Shown here piece after piece: positions 36,252 through 45,066 of a stretch of 64,000 bases of DNA. The stretch lies in the NCBI GenBank assembly GCA_037440005.1, contig JBBIUY010000007.1:26671-90670 (forward strand), written 5' to 3'. The notes under the pieces are model-generated. The model was not told where the DNA came from and did not search any database. It saw only the letters and a list, made by a program, of their open reading frames with translations. The translations under genes and the position numbers were made by a program. Each line of letters opens with the position of its first letter. The first letter of the stretch is position 1. This stretch comes from Armatimonadota bacterium (GTDB lineage Bacteria > Sysuimicrobiota > Sysuimicrobiia > Sysuimicrobiales > Kaftiobacteriaceae).

Positions 36252-36799
36252 CCATCTCGGGAGCCCTCATCGAGGCCGTGGTCAACCTCCTGCGCGGCCT
36301 GGGCCTGCTGCAGGATCCGGCCCAGGAGGTGCAGGTGCGCCGCCAGCTGGCCGACCTGGAAAAGACCCGGGCGGACGTGTGGGTGGACTTCGTGCGGGCC
36401 ACCACGCCCGACGCCGAGCGGGTGTACGTGTGGGCCAACAGCGTCATCGCCCTGGTGCGTCCGGCCATCTCGGCGCTGATCGTCGTCGCCATGGTCGCGG
36501 CGCCCTCCCGGATGCTGGAGCTGGTGCGGACCTTCGGGGACGCGGGGCCGGCGGGCTGGATCGTCATGGCGCCGCTGCTGTGGTGGTTTTTCGGCCGTGA
36601 CGTCACCAAGGTCCTGGCCATCCGCTCCGGCGGCCTCATCCCCGTCGGCAGCGGCGCCGCCAGCCCGCCCAACCGGGAGGCGCTGCGGCGCGAATCCCAG
36701 CAGCGGTGGGAGAGGATTGACCGCCTGATGGAGGAACTCTCGGACAGGATCGGCGAGCCCGACCTGTCCCCCGAACTGGTCGGGCCCGGAGACCGCTGA
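36248..36799 (+). CDS. holin-like membrane protein (architecture resembles 3-TM GTA/phage holins); function tentative
   Basis: ATGA overlap with the hydrolase gene. 2-3 hydrophobic helices ('VWANSVIALVRPAISALIVVAMVAA', 'GWIVMAPLLWWFFG') and a charged C-terminal tail. Confidence 0.45.
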   Translation: MTISGALIEAVVNLLRGLGLLQDPAQEVQVRRQLADLEKTRADVWVDFVRATTPDAERVYVWANSVIALVRPAISALIVVAMVAAPSRMLELVRTFGDAGPAGWIVMAPLLWWFFGRDVTKVLAIRSGGLIPVGSGAASPPNREALRRESQQRWERIDRLMEELSDRIGEPDLSPELVGPGDR

Positions 36800-36851
36800 C
36801 CGCGGCGTCAGGACCGGCGCAGACAGGTCCGGAGGAGGTGGCGGGACGACC

Positions 36852-37307
36852 ATGTTAGTGGCGGGCCGGGTGGTCAGCCTCCAGGTCGTCCGGGAGCACG
36901 GACGGCCTGTGGACGCCGTCTTCCAGGTGCGGGCTGTGGTGGGATCCGGGCTGGACGGCGACGTCCACGGCAAGGCCCGAGCCGGTACCCGGCGGCAGGT
37001 GCTGCTGGCGGACGCCTCCGTGCTGCGGGAGCTGGGCCTGCGCCCGGGGGACCTGCGGGAGCAGATCACCGTGGACCTGCCCGGGTTGGACGCCCTGCCG
37101 GCCGGCACCCGCCTGCGGATCGGCCAGGCGGTGGTCGAGCTCACCGGCCCCTGCGAGCCGTGCACCCACATCGGCACCCTGCTGGGCGTACCCGACCCCC
37201 GGCAGTTCCAGCAGCGCCTGGCGGGCCGCCGCGGCCAGCTGGCGATGGTGGTGGCCGCAGACGGCGAGGGCCTGATCCGGGTGGACGACCCCGTCACCGC
37301 CGCCTGA
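36852..37307 (+). CDS. MOSC domain protein
   Basis: 'GLDGDVH...RQVLL' and 'VELTGPCEPC' are typical of MOSC. Confidence 0.75.
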   Translation: MLVAGRVVSLQVVREHGRPVDAVFQVRAVVGSGLDGDVHGKARAGTRRQVLLADASVLRELGLRPGDLREQITVDLPGLDALPAGTRLRIGQAVVELTGPCEPCTHIGTLLGVPDPRQFQQRLAGRRGQLAMVVAADGEGLIRVDDPVTAA

Positions 37308-37395
37308 TCCGATCCCCGCAAGGGTCTCCCCTTCCCGCGCAGAAACGGAAGCACGGTGGCCTCGCAGACGTTACACGGGGAGGGCGGGTCCGTCC

Positions 37396-38721
37396 ATGTC
37401 GCTGCGCGAGCAGGATCCTGACGTCTACCGTATCCTGGAAGCGGAGCGCCGCCGCCAGCGGGAAGGCATCGAGCTGATCCCCTCCGAGAACTACGTCTCC
37501 GAAGCGGTGCTGGAGGCCATGGGCACCGTCTTCACCAACAAGTACTCGGAAGGCTACCCCGGCCGGCGGTATTACGGCGGCAACGAGCACGTGGACGAGA
37601 TCGAACGCCTGGCTCAGGAGCGGGCCCGGGCGCTGTTCGGGGTCCCCCACGCCAACGTCCAGCCCTACTCGGGCAGCCCCGCCAACCTGGCGGTCTACCT
37701 GGCCACCTGCCAGCCCGGGGATCCCATCATGGGCCAGAACCTGCCCGACGGGGGGCACCTGACCCACGGCTGGAAGGTGAGCGTCACCGGCACCTACTAC
37801 CGCAGCATCCCCTACCACGTCCGCGCCGACGGGTACATCGACATGGACGAGGTGTGGGCCCTGGCCCGGGAGCACCGCCCCCGGCTCATCTGGTGCGGGG
37901 CCACCGCCTACGTGCGGGAGTTCCCCTTCGAGGAGTTCGCGGCCGTGGCGGAGGAGGTGGGGGCCTACTTCGCCGCCGACATCGCCCACGTGGCCGGTCT
38001 GGTGATCGCCGGGGTGCACCGCAGCCCGGTGCCCTACGCCCACATCGTCACCACCACCACCCACAAGACCCTGCGCGGCCCCCGGGGGGCCATGATCATG
38101 GTGACCGAAAAGGGCCTGCGCAAAGACCCCGAGCTGGCCGACAAGATCGACCGGTGGGTGTTTCCGGGGCTGCAGGGCGGTCCCCACGACCACATCACCG
38201 CCGCTATCGCCGTCGCCCTGGGCGAGGCCATGCAGCCGGCGTTCCGGGAATACGGGCGGCAGGTGGTGGCCAACGCCCGGGCCCTGGCCTCCGGCCTGCT
38301 GCGCCGGGGATTCCGCCTGGTCACCGGGGGGACCGACAACCACATGATCCTGGTGGACCTCACCCCCACAGGTCCGGGGCGGGGCATCTTCCTGCAGGAG
38401 GCCCTGGACCGGGTGGGGATCACCGTCAACAAGAACACCATCCCCCGGGAGCCGTCGTCGGCGTTCTACCCGTCGGGGATCCGGCTGGGCACTCCCGCCG
38501 CCACCACCCGGGGCATGCGGGAGCCGGAGATGGAGTGCCTGGCCGAGTGGATCGCCGCGGTGGCCGAGGAGATCGAGGAGTTCCACCTGCCCGACGACCG
38601 CGACCGGCGGGCGGCCGTCCTGCGGGAGTTCCGCCGCAGCCTTCAGGACAACCGCCGGCTGGCCGAGGTGCGGGAGGAGGTGCGGGAGCTGTGCCTGCGT
38701 TTTCCGGTCCCCGGCACCTAG
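37396..38721 (+). CDS. glyA: serine hydroxymethyltransferase
   Basis: 'IELIPSENYVS', 'KYSEGYPGRRYYGG' and 'TTTTHKTLRGPRG' (PLP lysine). Confidence 0.95.
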   Translation: MSLREQDPDVYRILEAERRRQREGIELIPSENYVSEAVLEAMGTVFTNKYSEGYPGRRYYGGNEHVDEIERLAQERARALFGVPHANVQPYSGSPANLAVYLATCQPGDPIMGQNLPDGGHLTHGWKVSVTGTYYRSIPYHVRADGYIDMDEVWALAREHRPRLIWCGATAYVREFPFEEFAAVAEEVGAYFAADIAHVAGLVIAGVHRSPVPYAHIVTTTTHKTLRGPRGAMIMVTEKGLRKDPELADKIDRWVFPGLQGGPHDHITAAIAVALGEAMQPAFREYGRQVVANARALASGLLRRGFRLVTGGTDNHMILVDLTPTGPGRGIFLQEALDRVGITVNKNTIPREPSSAFYPSGIRLGTPAATTRGMREPEMECLAEWIAAVAEEIEEFHLPDDRDRRAAVLREFRRSLQDNRRLAEVREEVRELCLRFPVPGT

Positions 38722-38753
38722 GGACGCGGCCCCGGCGGGGCGGGTGAGGCGGC

Positions 38754-39419
38754 GTGCCCCTGCGCGGCAAGCGGCTGCTGGTGACCTCCGGCCCCACCCG
38801 GGTGGCGCTGGACGCGGTGCGCTACATCACCAACAAGGCCACCGGCCGGCTGGGGGCGCTCATCGCCGAGGAGGCGGTCCGCCGCGGGGCCCAGGTGACC
38901 TACGTGTACGGCCGGGGCAGCCAGACGCCGGTCCTGCGCGGGCCGCGGGTGGACCACCTGCAGCTGGTGCCCGTGGAGACCGTGGACGACCTCATCGCCG
39001 TGTTCCGCCAGGAACTGCCCCGGGGCTATCACGCGGTGATCCACCCCATGGCGGTCCTGGACTTCCAGCCGGACGCGGTGCGCCCCTACAAGACCGGCTC
39101 CCACGTCCAGGAGTGGATCGTGCGGCTGGTTCCCACCCCCAAGGCCATCCAGCTGGTGAAGGAGCTGGCTCCCGACACCTTCCTGGTGGGATTCAAGCTG
39201 GAGATCGGCAAGACCCCCGAGGAACTGCGGCAGATCGCTTATGACTTTCTGCGGCGCAATCGCTGCGATCTGGTCATCGCCAACGACCTCCGCGAGATCG
39301 AAAGCGGGCGGCACATCGGCTACTTCATCACCCCCGACGGCCGCATCGCCCAGATGCCCATCGGCAAGGAGGCCATCGCCCGGGCGCTGGCCGACTACCT
39401 GGACGAGCGCCTGGACTGA
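38754..39419 (+). CDS. phosphopantothenate-cysteine ligase (CoaB/DFP C-terminal domain)-like protein
   Basis: 'GKRLLVTSGPTRVALDAVRYITNKATGRLG' and 'DLVIANDL'. No CoaC domain is present. Confidence 0.65.
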   Translation: MPLRGKRLLVTSGPTRVALDAVRYITNKATGRLGALIAEEAVRRGAQVTYVYGRGSQTPVLRGPRVDHLQLVPVETVDDLIAVFRQELPRGYHAVIHPMAVLDFQPDAVRPYKTGSHVQEWIVRLVPTPKAIQLVKELAPDTFLVGFKLEIGKTPEELRQIAYDFLRRNRCDLVIANDLREIESGRHIGYFITPDGRIAQMPIGKEAIARALADYLDERLD

Positions 39420-39471
39420 CGCCGCGCCCCGGGACCGGCGGCAGGTCCCATGGCGCGCCAGGACATGCCGG

Positions 39472-40302
39472 CTAGGACGCCGCCAGGTCCGTCCGCGGCC
39501 GGCAGAACACCAGGGCCAGGGCCAGCATGACCATGAACGGCACCAGGGTCCAGACCAGCCCGGGCTGGCCCACCACCTGAGGGTTGCCGAACTGCTGGAA
39601 TCCGGCGGCGCCCGCCAGGGCTCCCCGGGAGATGGAGATCCAGTTGCCCAGGATCACGGCGCCGAAGGAGCCCACCAGCAGCAGCGCCGTGCCGAGGACG
39701 CCGCGTCCGGTGCTGATGTCCTCCCGGGGCATGATCTGGGTCCACAGCAGCCCCCACCGCTTGACCCGCCGGTACAGCAGGTACAGGACCACAGGGCTGA
39801 CCACGGCCGGAAAGATGAAGTCGTTGAGGACGATGATCGTCCCCAGGGCGGCGAAGGGCAGCAGCCGCAGCACCTCCAGCCCCCAGGCGATGATGCCGGC
39901 GGTGGCCAGGGCGCTCACCAGGGTCACGGCGGCGAACTCCACCACCTGAGCCGCCCCGGCCATGGCGGGCTCGCGGCCGGTGGACAGAGGGCCCAGGCGC
40001 CCCCACAGGGCGTAGGGGACCAGCCCGAGGTAGAAGTTGCCGATGAAGCCGAACAGGCTGCCGGGGCCGAAGGTGCCGAACAGGTCGCCGATCAGGTTGC
40101 CGATGGCCGTGCCCCACGCCGCCGCCGGGCCAAACAGCAGCGAGGCCACCGGCGGGATGACCTGGGCCACCCGGATCTCGGTGTAGCCCGGGATGAGGGG
40201 GATGGCCTTGAAGGGGATGAGGACGGCCGCGTAGACGGCGGCGACGACGGCGACCAGGATGATCATCCGGGTGTGCTTCCACATGGTCAGCAGCTCTTTC
40301 AC
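39472..40302 (-). CDS. ECF transporter substrate-specific (S) component, specificity unknown
   Basis: 6 TM helices, including 'TRMIILVAVVAAVYAAVLIPF' and 'IRVAQVIPPVASLLFGPAAAWGTAIGNLIGDLF'. Located downstream of ecfT/ecfA. Confidence 0.65.
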   Translation of the reverse strand: MKELLTMWKHTRMIILVAVVAAVYAAVLIPFKAIPLIPGYTEIRVAQVIPPVASLLFGPAAAWGTAIGNLIGDLFGTFGPGSLFGFIGNFYLGLVPYALWGRLGPLSTGREPAMAGAAQVVEFAAVTLVSALATAGIIAWGLEVLRLLPFAALGTIIVLNDFIFPAVVSPVVLYLLYRRVKRWGLLWTQIMPREDISTGRGVLGTALLLVGSFGAVILGNWISISRGALAGAAGFQQFGNPQVVGQPGLVWTLVPFMVMLALALVFCRPRTDLAAS

Positions 40303-40389
40303 CCTCGATCACCCCTCGCGCGGTTTATGGTCCCACTTCGCCCGCCCGCCGCCGGCCCCCTCTCCCGGCGGGTCCCGCGCCTCCTGTGG

Positions 40390-41172
40390 CTAGGTCAGCA
40401 ATCCCGGGATGCGCAGGGCCCGGGTGAACAGCCGCAGGTACAGGGCGAGGACGATCAGGACCAGCGACACGGCGGTGACGACCCGGTCCGCGGCGCGAAA
40501 CCGCAGCTCCAGGTAGTAGGTGCGGTCGGGCCGGGCGCGGAAGCCCCGGGACTCCAGGGCCAGGGCCAGCTGGTTGGTGGACCGGATGGCCACCGCCAGG
40601 ATGGGCACGACCAGCGGGAGGTGGCGCCGCATGCGCTGGATCAGTCCGCCGGACTCCACGTCCAGCCCGCGGGACTTCTGGGCTTCCAGGATGGTGGCGC
40701 CGGCGCCCACAAACGTGGGCACCAGGCGCAGGGCCGTGCTGAAGGCGAAGGCCACGGGGTAGGGCAGCCCCAGGCGAATTAAGCCCACGGTGATCTCCTC
40801 GTTGCTGGTGGTGGCCAGGAACACCACGCTGGCGGCGATGGTGCAGGCCAGCTTCAATCCGGTGCCGACGCCGAACAGCAGCGCCTCCACCTCCACCGGC
40901 CCCAGCAGGGGCGTGGTTCCCCGGGCGAAGACCGACCACGTCAGGGTGGAAAAGGAGGCGATCAGCAGGATCAGCGCGCGCACCCGCCGCAGCGCGCCCC
41001 ACGCCCGGCCCGCGTGGGCCACCAGCACGACGGCCCCCAGCAGCGCGCCCGGCAGCAGCGGATGGTCGGCGGCCACGGCCAGCAACAGCACGGCCAGGAG
41101 GGCGGCCATCTTGGCCCGCGGGTCCAGGCGGTGGACCGGCGTGTCGGCGGGGACGTACAGGTAGATGTCCAC
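40390..41172 (-). CDS. ecfT: ECF transporter transmembrane (T) component, CbiQ family
   Basis: 'HRLDPRAKM' N-terminus. Coupling-helix motifs 'ILEAQKSRG' and 'ALALESRGF'. Confidence 0.85.
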   Translation of the reverse strand: MDIYLYVPADTPVHRLDPRAKMAALLAVLLLAVAADHPLLPGALLGAVVLVAHAGRAWGALRRVRALILLIASFSTLTWSVFARGTTPLLGPVEVEALLFGVGTGLKLACTIAASVVFLATTSNEEITVGLIRLGLPYPVAFAFSTALRLVPTFVGAGATILEAQKSRGLDVESGGLIQRMRRHLPLVVPILAVAIRSTNQLALALESRGFRARPDRTYYLELRFRAADRVVTAVSLVLIVLALYLRLFTRALRIPGLLT

Positions 41173-41173
41173 G

Positions 41174-42913
41174 TCAGGTCCGCCGCAGCACCGCGACCGC
41201 CTCGTCCACCGACAGCAGCGGCGCGCCCAGGGCGAGGCCGATCCGCACGATGGGGGGAGGCCGCAGCGCCGCCTCGGTCAGCTCCGCCTCCCGGGCGAGG
41301 ACCTCCCGGGTGGGACCGTCCATCCAGAGGGCGCCGTCGCGCATCACCACCGTGCGGTGAGCGTACGCGGCCACCAGCCACAGGGCGTGGGTGATCATGA
41401 TGATGGTGTGGCCGGCGGCGTTGAGCCGCTGCACCAGGTCCATCATCCGGCGCTGCTCCCGGTAGTCCAGCCCGGTGGTCGGTTCGTCCAGGATGATCAC
41501 CTCCGGCCGGGTGGCCAGCACCGAGGCCACGGCCACCCGCTGGCGCTCCCCCCGGGTCATGGCGAAAGGGTCCTCGCCCTCGCGGCCGGACAGACCCACG
41601 GCGGCCAGGGCCTCGTCCACCCGCGCCCGGACCTCCCGCTCGGCGAGTCCCTGGTTGCGGGGGCCGAAGGCCACCTCGTCGTAGACGGTCTCCGCGAAGA
41701 TCTGGTGGTCGGGATTCTGGAACACGTAGCCCACGGTGCGGCCCAGCTGCAAGACCGACTGCCCCCGGGTGGAGCGGCCCCGGATCCGCACATCTCCGGC
41801 GGCGGGGGCGAGCAGTCCGTTGAGGAGCTTGGCCAGGGTGGTCTTGCCGCTGCCGTTGTGCCCGACGATGGCGACGCATTCCCCCCGGCGGATGCGCAGC
41901 CGCACCCCCCGCACCGCCGGCCCGCTCCGGGGGTAGGCGAAGGTGACGTCGTCCACGGCCACCACCTCGTCCCCGTCGGCGCTGCGGGCCCGGTCGGAGC
42001 GCACCAGGGCGGCGTACCGGTCGGGGTCGATGCGGTAGCCCGCCTCGCGCAGGACCCGCACGGCGTCCTCCACCGTGAGCGCCGGCGGGAGCCCCAGCCG
42101 GGACAGCAGCGCGGCGGAGGCCAGAGGCTGGATGCCGCGCGCTTCCAGGCCGTCGGCGTCGGTCAGGATCTCGGCCGGGGGACCGCTGGCCGCCACCCGT
42201 CCTCCCTCCAGCACCACCACCCGGTCGGCGGAGACGGCCTGCTCGGTCTCGTGCTCGACGACCAGCATGGTGCGCCCCTGCGCCCGCAGCCGGTCCAGGA
42301 CCTGGACGATCTCCTCCCGGCCCCGGGGGTCCAGGTCGGTGGTGGGCTCGTCCAGGACCAGCACCCGGGGGCGCATGGCCAGCACGGCGGCGATGGCCAG
42401 CCGCTGCTTCTGGCCGCCGGAGAGGGTGGCGGGCTCCCGCCGCCCCAGGCCCGCCAGCCCCACCAGGGCCAGGGCCTCGGCCACCCGGCGGCGCATCTCG
42501 GCCGGAGGGGTGGCCAGGTTCTCCAGGCCGAAGGCCACCTCCAGTTCCACGTTGGTGGAGAACAGCTGCGTCTCGAAGTCCTGGAAGACCATACCCACGT
42601 CCACGGCCAGCTCCGCCGGGCGCGCGGCGCGGGTGGACCGGCCGAAAACCCGCACCTCTCCGGACCATTCGCCCCGGATGACGTGGGGGATCAGGCCGTT
42701 GAGGCAGTAGCACAGGGTGGACTTGCCTGCGCCGCTGGGACCGAGGACCGCCACCACCTCGCCCGGGAAGATTTCCAGGTTGACCCCCCGCAGGGCGGGG
42801 ACCAGGGCTCCGTCCCCCGTCCGGTAGGCGAAGGCCAGGTCCTGGACCGTCACGGCCGCCGTCTTCTCCTGCGGCGGCGCCGGCGCGCCCGCCCGGAGGT
42901 CAGGCGGGAACAT
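41174..42913 (-). CDS. ecfA: ECF transporter ATPase, fused duplicated EcfA1-EcfA2
   Basis: Two cassettes: 'GPSGAGKST...LSGGQKQR...LVLDEPT' and 'GHNGSGKTT...MTRGERQR...IILDEPT'. The start at ATG 42913 overlaps the upstream gene by 14 nt. Confidence 0.85.
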   Translation of the reverse strand: MFPPDLRAGAPAPPQEKTAAVTVQDLAFAYRTGDGALVPALRGVNLEIFPGEVVAVLGPSGAGKSTLCYCLNGLIPHVIRGEWSGEVRVFGRSTRAARPAELAVDVGMVFQDFETQLFSTNVELEVAFGLENLATPPAEMRRRVAEALALVGLAGLGRREPATLSGGQKQRLAIAAVLAMRPRVLVLDEPTTDLDPRGREEIVQVLDRLRAQGRTMLVVEHETEQAVSADRVVVLEGGRVAASGPPAEILTDADGLEARGIQPLASAALLSRLGLPPALTVEDAVRVLREAGYRIDPDRYAALVRSDRARSADGDEVVAVDDVTFAYPRSGPAVRGVRLRIRRGECVAIVGHNGSGKTTLAKLLNGLLAPAAGDVRIRGRSTRGQSVLQLGRTVGYVFQNPDHQIFAETVYDEVAFGPRNQGLAEREVRARVDEALAAVGLSGREGEDPFAMTRGERQRVAVASVLATRPEVIILDEPTTGLDYREQRRMMDLVQRLNAAGHTIIMITHALWLVAAYAHRTVVMRDGALWMDGPTREVLAREAELTEAALRPPPIVRIGLALGAPLLSVDEAVAVLRRT

Positions 42914-44138
42914 GGACGGTGTCGGCGACGGCGGCCTCCTGCCACAGGTCTTCCAGGGCGGCCTTGTTCCACCGGGCCAGCTCCTGGCCGGGGTCCAGCG
43001 ACAGGCCTTCCAGGACCACCGTCCCCGAGAAGGACCGCAGGGCCGCCAGCACCCTCGCCAGGTCCCGACCGCCCCGCCCCAGGGGCAGGTGCGGTCGGCG
43101 CCCGTCGGCGTCGCTGAGGTGGACGTGCACCACCGACCTGAGGCGCGACAGAAAGTCCACCTCGTCCACACCCCAGGGGATGTGGGCCACGTCCAGGACC
43201 GCGCCCACGTTGGGGCGGCCGACGTCCGCCAGCAGCCGGTTGACGTCCTCGGGGGAGACGACCAGCTCCCCCGGGCGGGGCTCCATGTGCTCGACGCCGA
43301 CGGTCAGGCTGGCGGCCGCGGCGTGGTCGGCGATGTCCTGAAGGGATGCCACCACGTCCGGCCAGCGTCTGTCGTCGGCGACGGGCGCGGTGGCGCGGCC
43401 GGGGTGGACGACCAGCAAAGACGCCCGCAGCGCCGCCGCCAGCTCCACGCAGCGGTGCAGCGTCTCCATCGACGCCCGCCGGATCCCGTCCACCTCGGAG
43501 GCGGGGTTGAGGTCCCAGCTCAGCGCGTGCAGGGTGAGGACCAGTCCGGCGGCCTGCGCCCGGTCGGCCAGCAGGCGCGGGTCGATGCCGTCCCGCCACA
43601 GGCCGTACGCCCACAACTCCACGCCGTCGTAGCCCAGTTCGGCGGCTACCTGCAGGGCCTCGCTGGCGGTGCAGGCCCACACCACCGGGGCGCTGAGCAG
43701 CACCCGAAACGGCCTGGGGGCGCCCGGGCGTTCGACCTGCTGGCGCAGCCGGAGGTCCGACCGGCGCGGCGGCCCGGGGCGCCGGCTGGCGATCTGGCCG
43801 TGCACGATGTCCAGGGTAGTGCGGATCTCGGCGGCCACCCTGAACGGCTTGGTCAAAGCGCGGCCCGGCAGGGACGCGACGAACTGCCGCGGGCGGCGGG
43901 CGAACTCCGCGGTCATCGCCAGCGGCTTGGACAGCGCCCGGCGCACCACCGCCTCCAGGTAGTGCTCCACGAACTGCAGGGCCGCCACCTCCGCCAGCCG
44001 GCCGCAGCGGGCGCAGGTCACCCGCGCAGGGCCCGCGGGCTCGCCGCGCACGTGGTGCCAGGTGGTCCGCCGGCACTGCGGGCAGCGCAGGCGGATGTGC
44101 CAGCGCCGGGGAGGGGAGGACGCACCGCGCGCATCCAT
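42900..44138 (-). CDS. fusion protein: N-terminal zinc ribbon plus xylose-isomerase-like TIM barrel (sugar phosphate isomerase/epimerase, AP_endonuc_2 family)
   Basis: 'CPQCRRTTWHHV...CARCG'. The TIM-barrel part carries 'GYDGVELW', 'LVVHPG', 'VGVEHME', 'VLDVAHI' and 'HVHLSD'. Confidence 0.7.
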   Translation of the reverse strand: MDARGASSPPRRWHIRLRCPQCRRTTWHHVRGEPAGPARVTCARCGRLAEVAALQFVEHYLEAVVRRALSKPLAMTAEFARRPRQFVASLPGRALTKPFRVAAEIRTTLDIVHGQIASRRPGPPRRSDLRLRQQVERPGAPRPFRVLLSAPVVWACTASEALQVAAELGYDGVELWAYGLWRDGIDPRLLADRAQAAGLVLTLHALSWDLNPASEVDGIRRASMETLHRCVELAAALRASLLVVHPGRATAPVADDRRWPDVVASLQDIADHAAAASLTVGVEHMEPRPGELVVSPEDVNRLLADVGRPNVGAVLDVAHIPWGVDEVDFLSRLRSVVHVHLSDADGRRPHLPLGRGGRDLARVLAALRSFSGTVVLEGLSLDPGQELARWNKAALEDLWQEAAVADTVHVPA

Positions 44139-44186
44139 CTCCGGTGGTGATCCAGTTGTGCGCGCGGAGGGGGAGTCCCTGCCGGT

Positions 44187-44771
44187 CTACGGCGGATACG
44201 CCAGCCGTCCGGGCTCAAACCGCAGCTCGAACGCCGGCGTCTGGCCGACCTGCCTGGGGCCCCACAACAGCCACAGGGGCGGGACGACGAGGGTGACGGA
44301 GGTGGCGCCGGGCGGGAGGGGCGGGAAGACCGCGGCGACGACGAGGGCGGTGCGGGGCGGAACCGTCTGAGGCCCCGGACCCGGCAGCAGGTCGTCCAGG
44401 CGGGCGCGCACGCCCGCGCCCAGGTCCGGCCGGAGCTCGCGTCCGTCCGCCGCCAGCCGCACGTTGACCGCCAGGTACCCTTCCAGGCGCAGGGCGCTGC
44501 GGTTGTCGACGTCCACCAGGAAGAGGGTGTACATCGAGGCCACGTCCCGGTGGCGGGCGCGCCGGGACGGGTCGGGCACCCACGCGGCGTAGTACGGGTG
44601 GGCGGTGAGGGCAGGCGTCACCCACACGGCCGTGACGGCGATGAACCCTCCGCCCACCACGCCCACGCCCGAACTCTTCTCGTGGGTCGCCGCGGGATCC
44701 GGCGGCGCGGCCAGGGCGGCTGCTCCCAGCAGAGCGGCAGCGGCCAGAGACGCTTTCGGCCAGGTCGGCAC
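44187..44771 (-). CDS. hypothetical secreted protein
   Basis: Signal-like N-terminus 'MPTWPKASLAAAALLGAAALAAP' and beta-rich composition. Lies 48 nt upstream of the Zn-ribbon/TIM gene on the same strand. Confidence 0.5.
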   Translation of the reverse strand: MPTWPKASLAAAALLGAAALAAPPDPAATHEKSSGVGVVGGGFIAVTAVWVTPALTAHPYYAAWVPDPSRRARHRDVASMYTLFLVDVDNRSALRLEGYLAVNVRLAADGRELRPDLGAGVRARLDDLLPGPGPQTVPPRTALVVAAVFPPLPPGATSVTLVVPPLWLLWGPRQVGQTPAFELRFEPGRLAYPP

Positions 44772-44892
44772 GGGTGGCTCCCACCGGCGGGAGGTTCGGC
44801 GGCGGCCCGGACAGTCCCCCTGCGGTCGGGCGGCCGTCCGCGGTGGGAGTCACTGTCCCCGGTACGGTCAGACGACTGGCTCCGATCCGGAC

Positions 44893-44940
44893 GGGGACGG
44901 TCCCCGGGGGGACGGTCCCCGGGGGGACGGTCCCCCGGGG
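44893..44940. repeat. three tandem 15-nt units GGGGACGGTCCCCGG
   Basis: Read directly. Each unit is itself near-palindromic (GGGGAC/GGTCCCC). Confidence 0.95.
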
Positions 44941-44969
44941 CGCGCAGGGACAGCCCCCGCTGGCCCGCG

Positions 44970-45004
44970 GTGACTGTCCCCGAAGGAGCTTCGGGGACAG
45001 TCAC
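44970..45004 (+). other. perfect 16-bp hairpin (3-nt loop) followed by CCTTTTCC; terminator-like on the plus strand
   Basis: GTGACTGTCCCCGAAG-gag-CTTCGGGGACAGTCAC. There is no annotated plus-strand gene upstream. Confidence 0.6.
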
Positions 45005-45066
45005 CCTTTTCCGGCGGGCGGGAGCAACGCTCCACTCGGTGGCGAGATATCTCCTGCGGGCGGCTG

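Noticed and set aside
33500-38800. Prophage or GTA island around the hydrolase/holin-like pair.
   Set aside because: No structural, replication, integrase or repressor genes are present. tRNA-Ser at 33.3 kb has no duplicated 3' end nearby. Flanking genes are ordinary metabolic genes with the same composition.
38754-39419. Calling the CoaB-like gene a bifunctional coaBC (dfp).
   Set aside because: Only the ligase (CoaB) half is present at 221 aa. There is no flavoprotein decarboxylase domain in this or adjacent frames.
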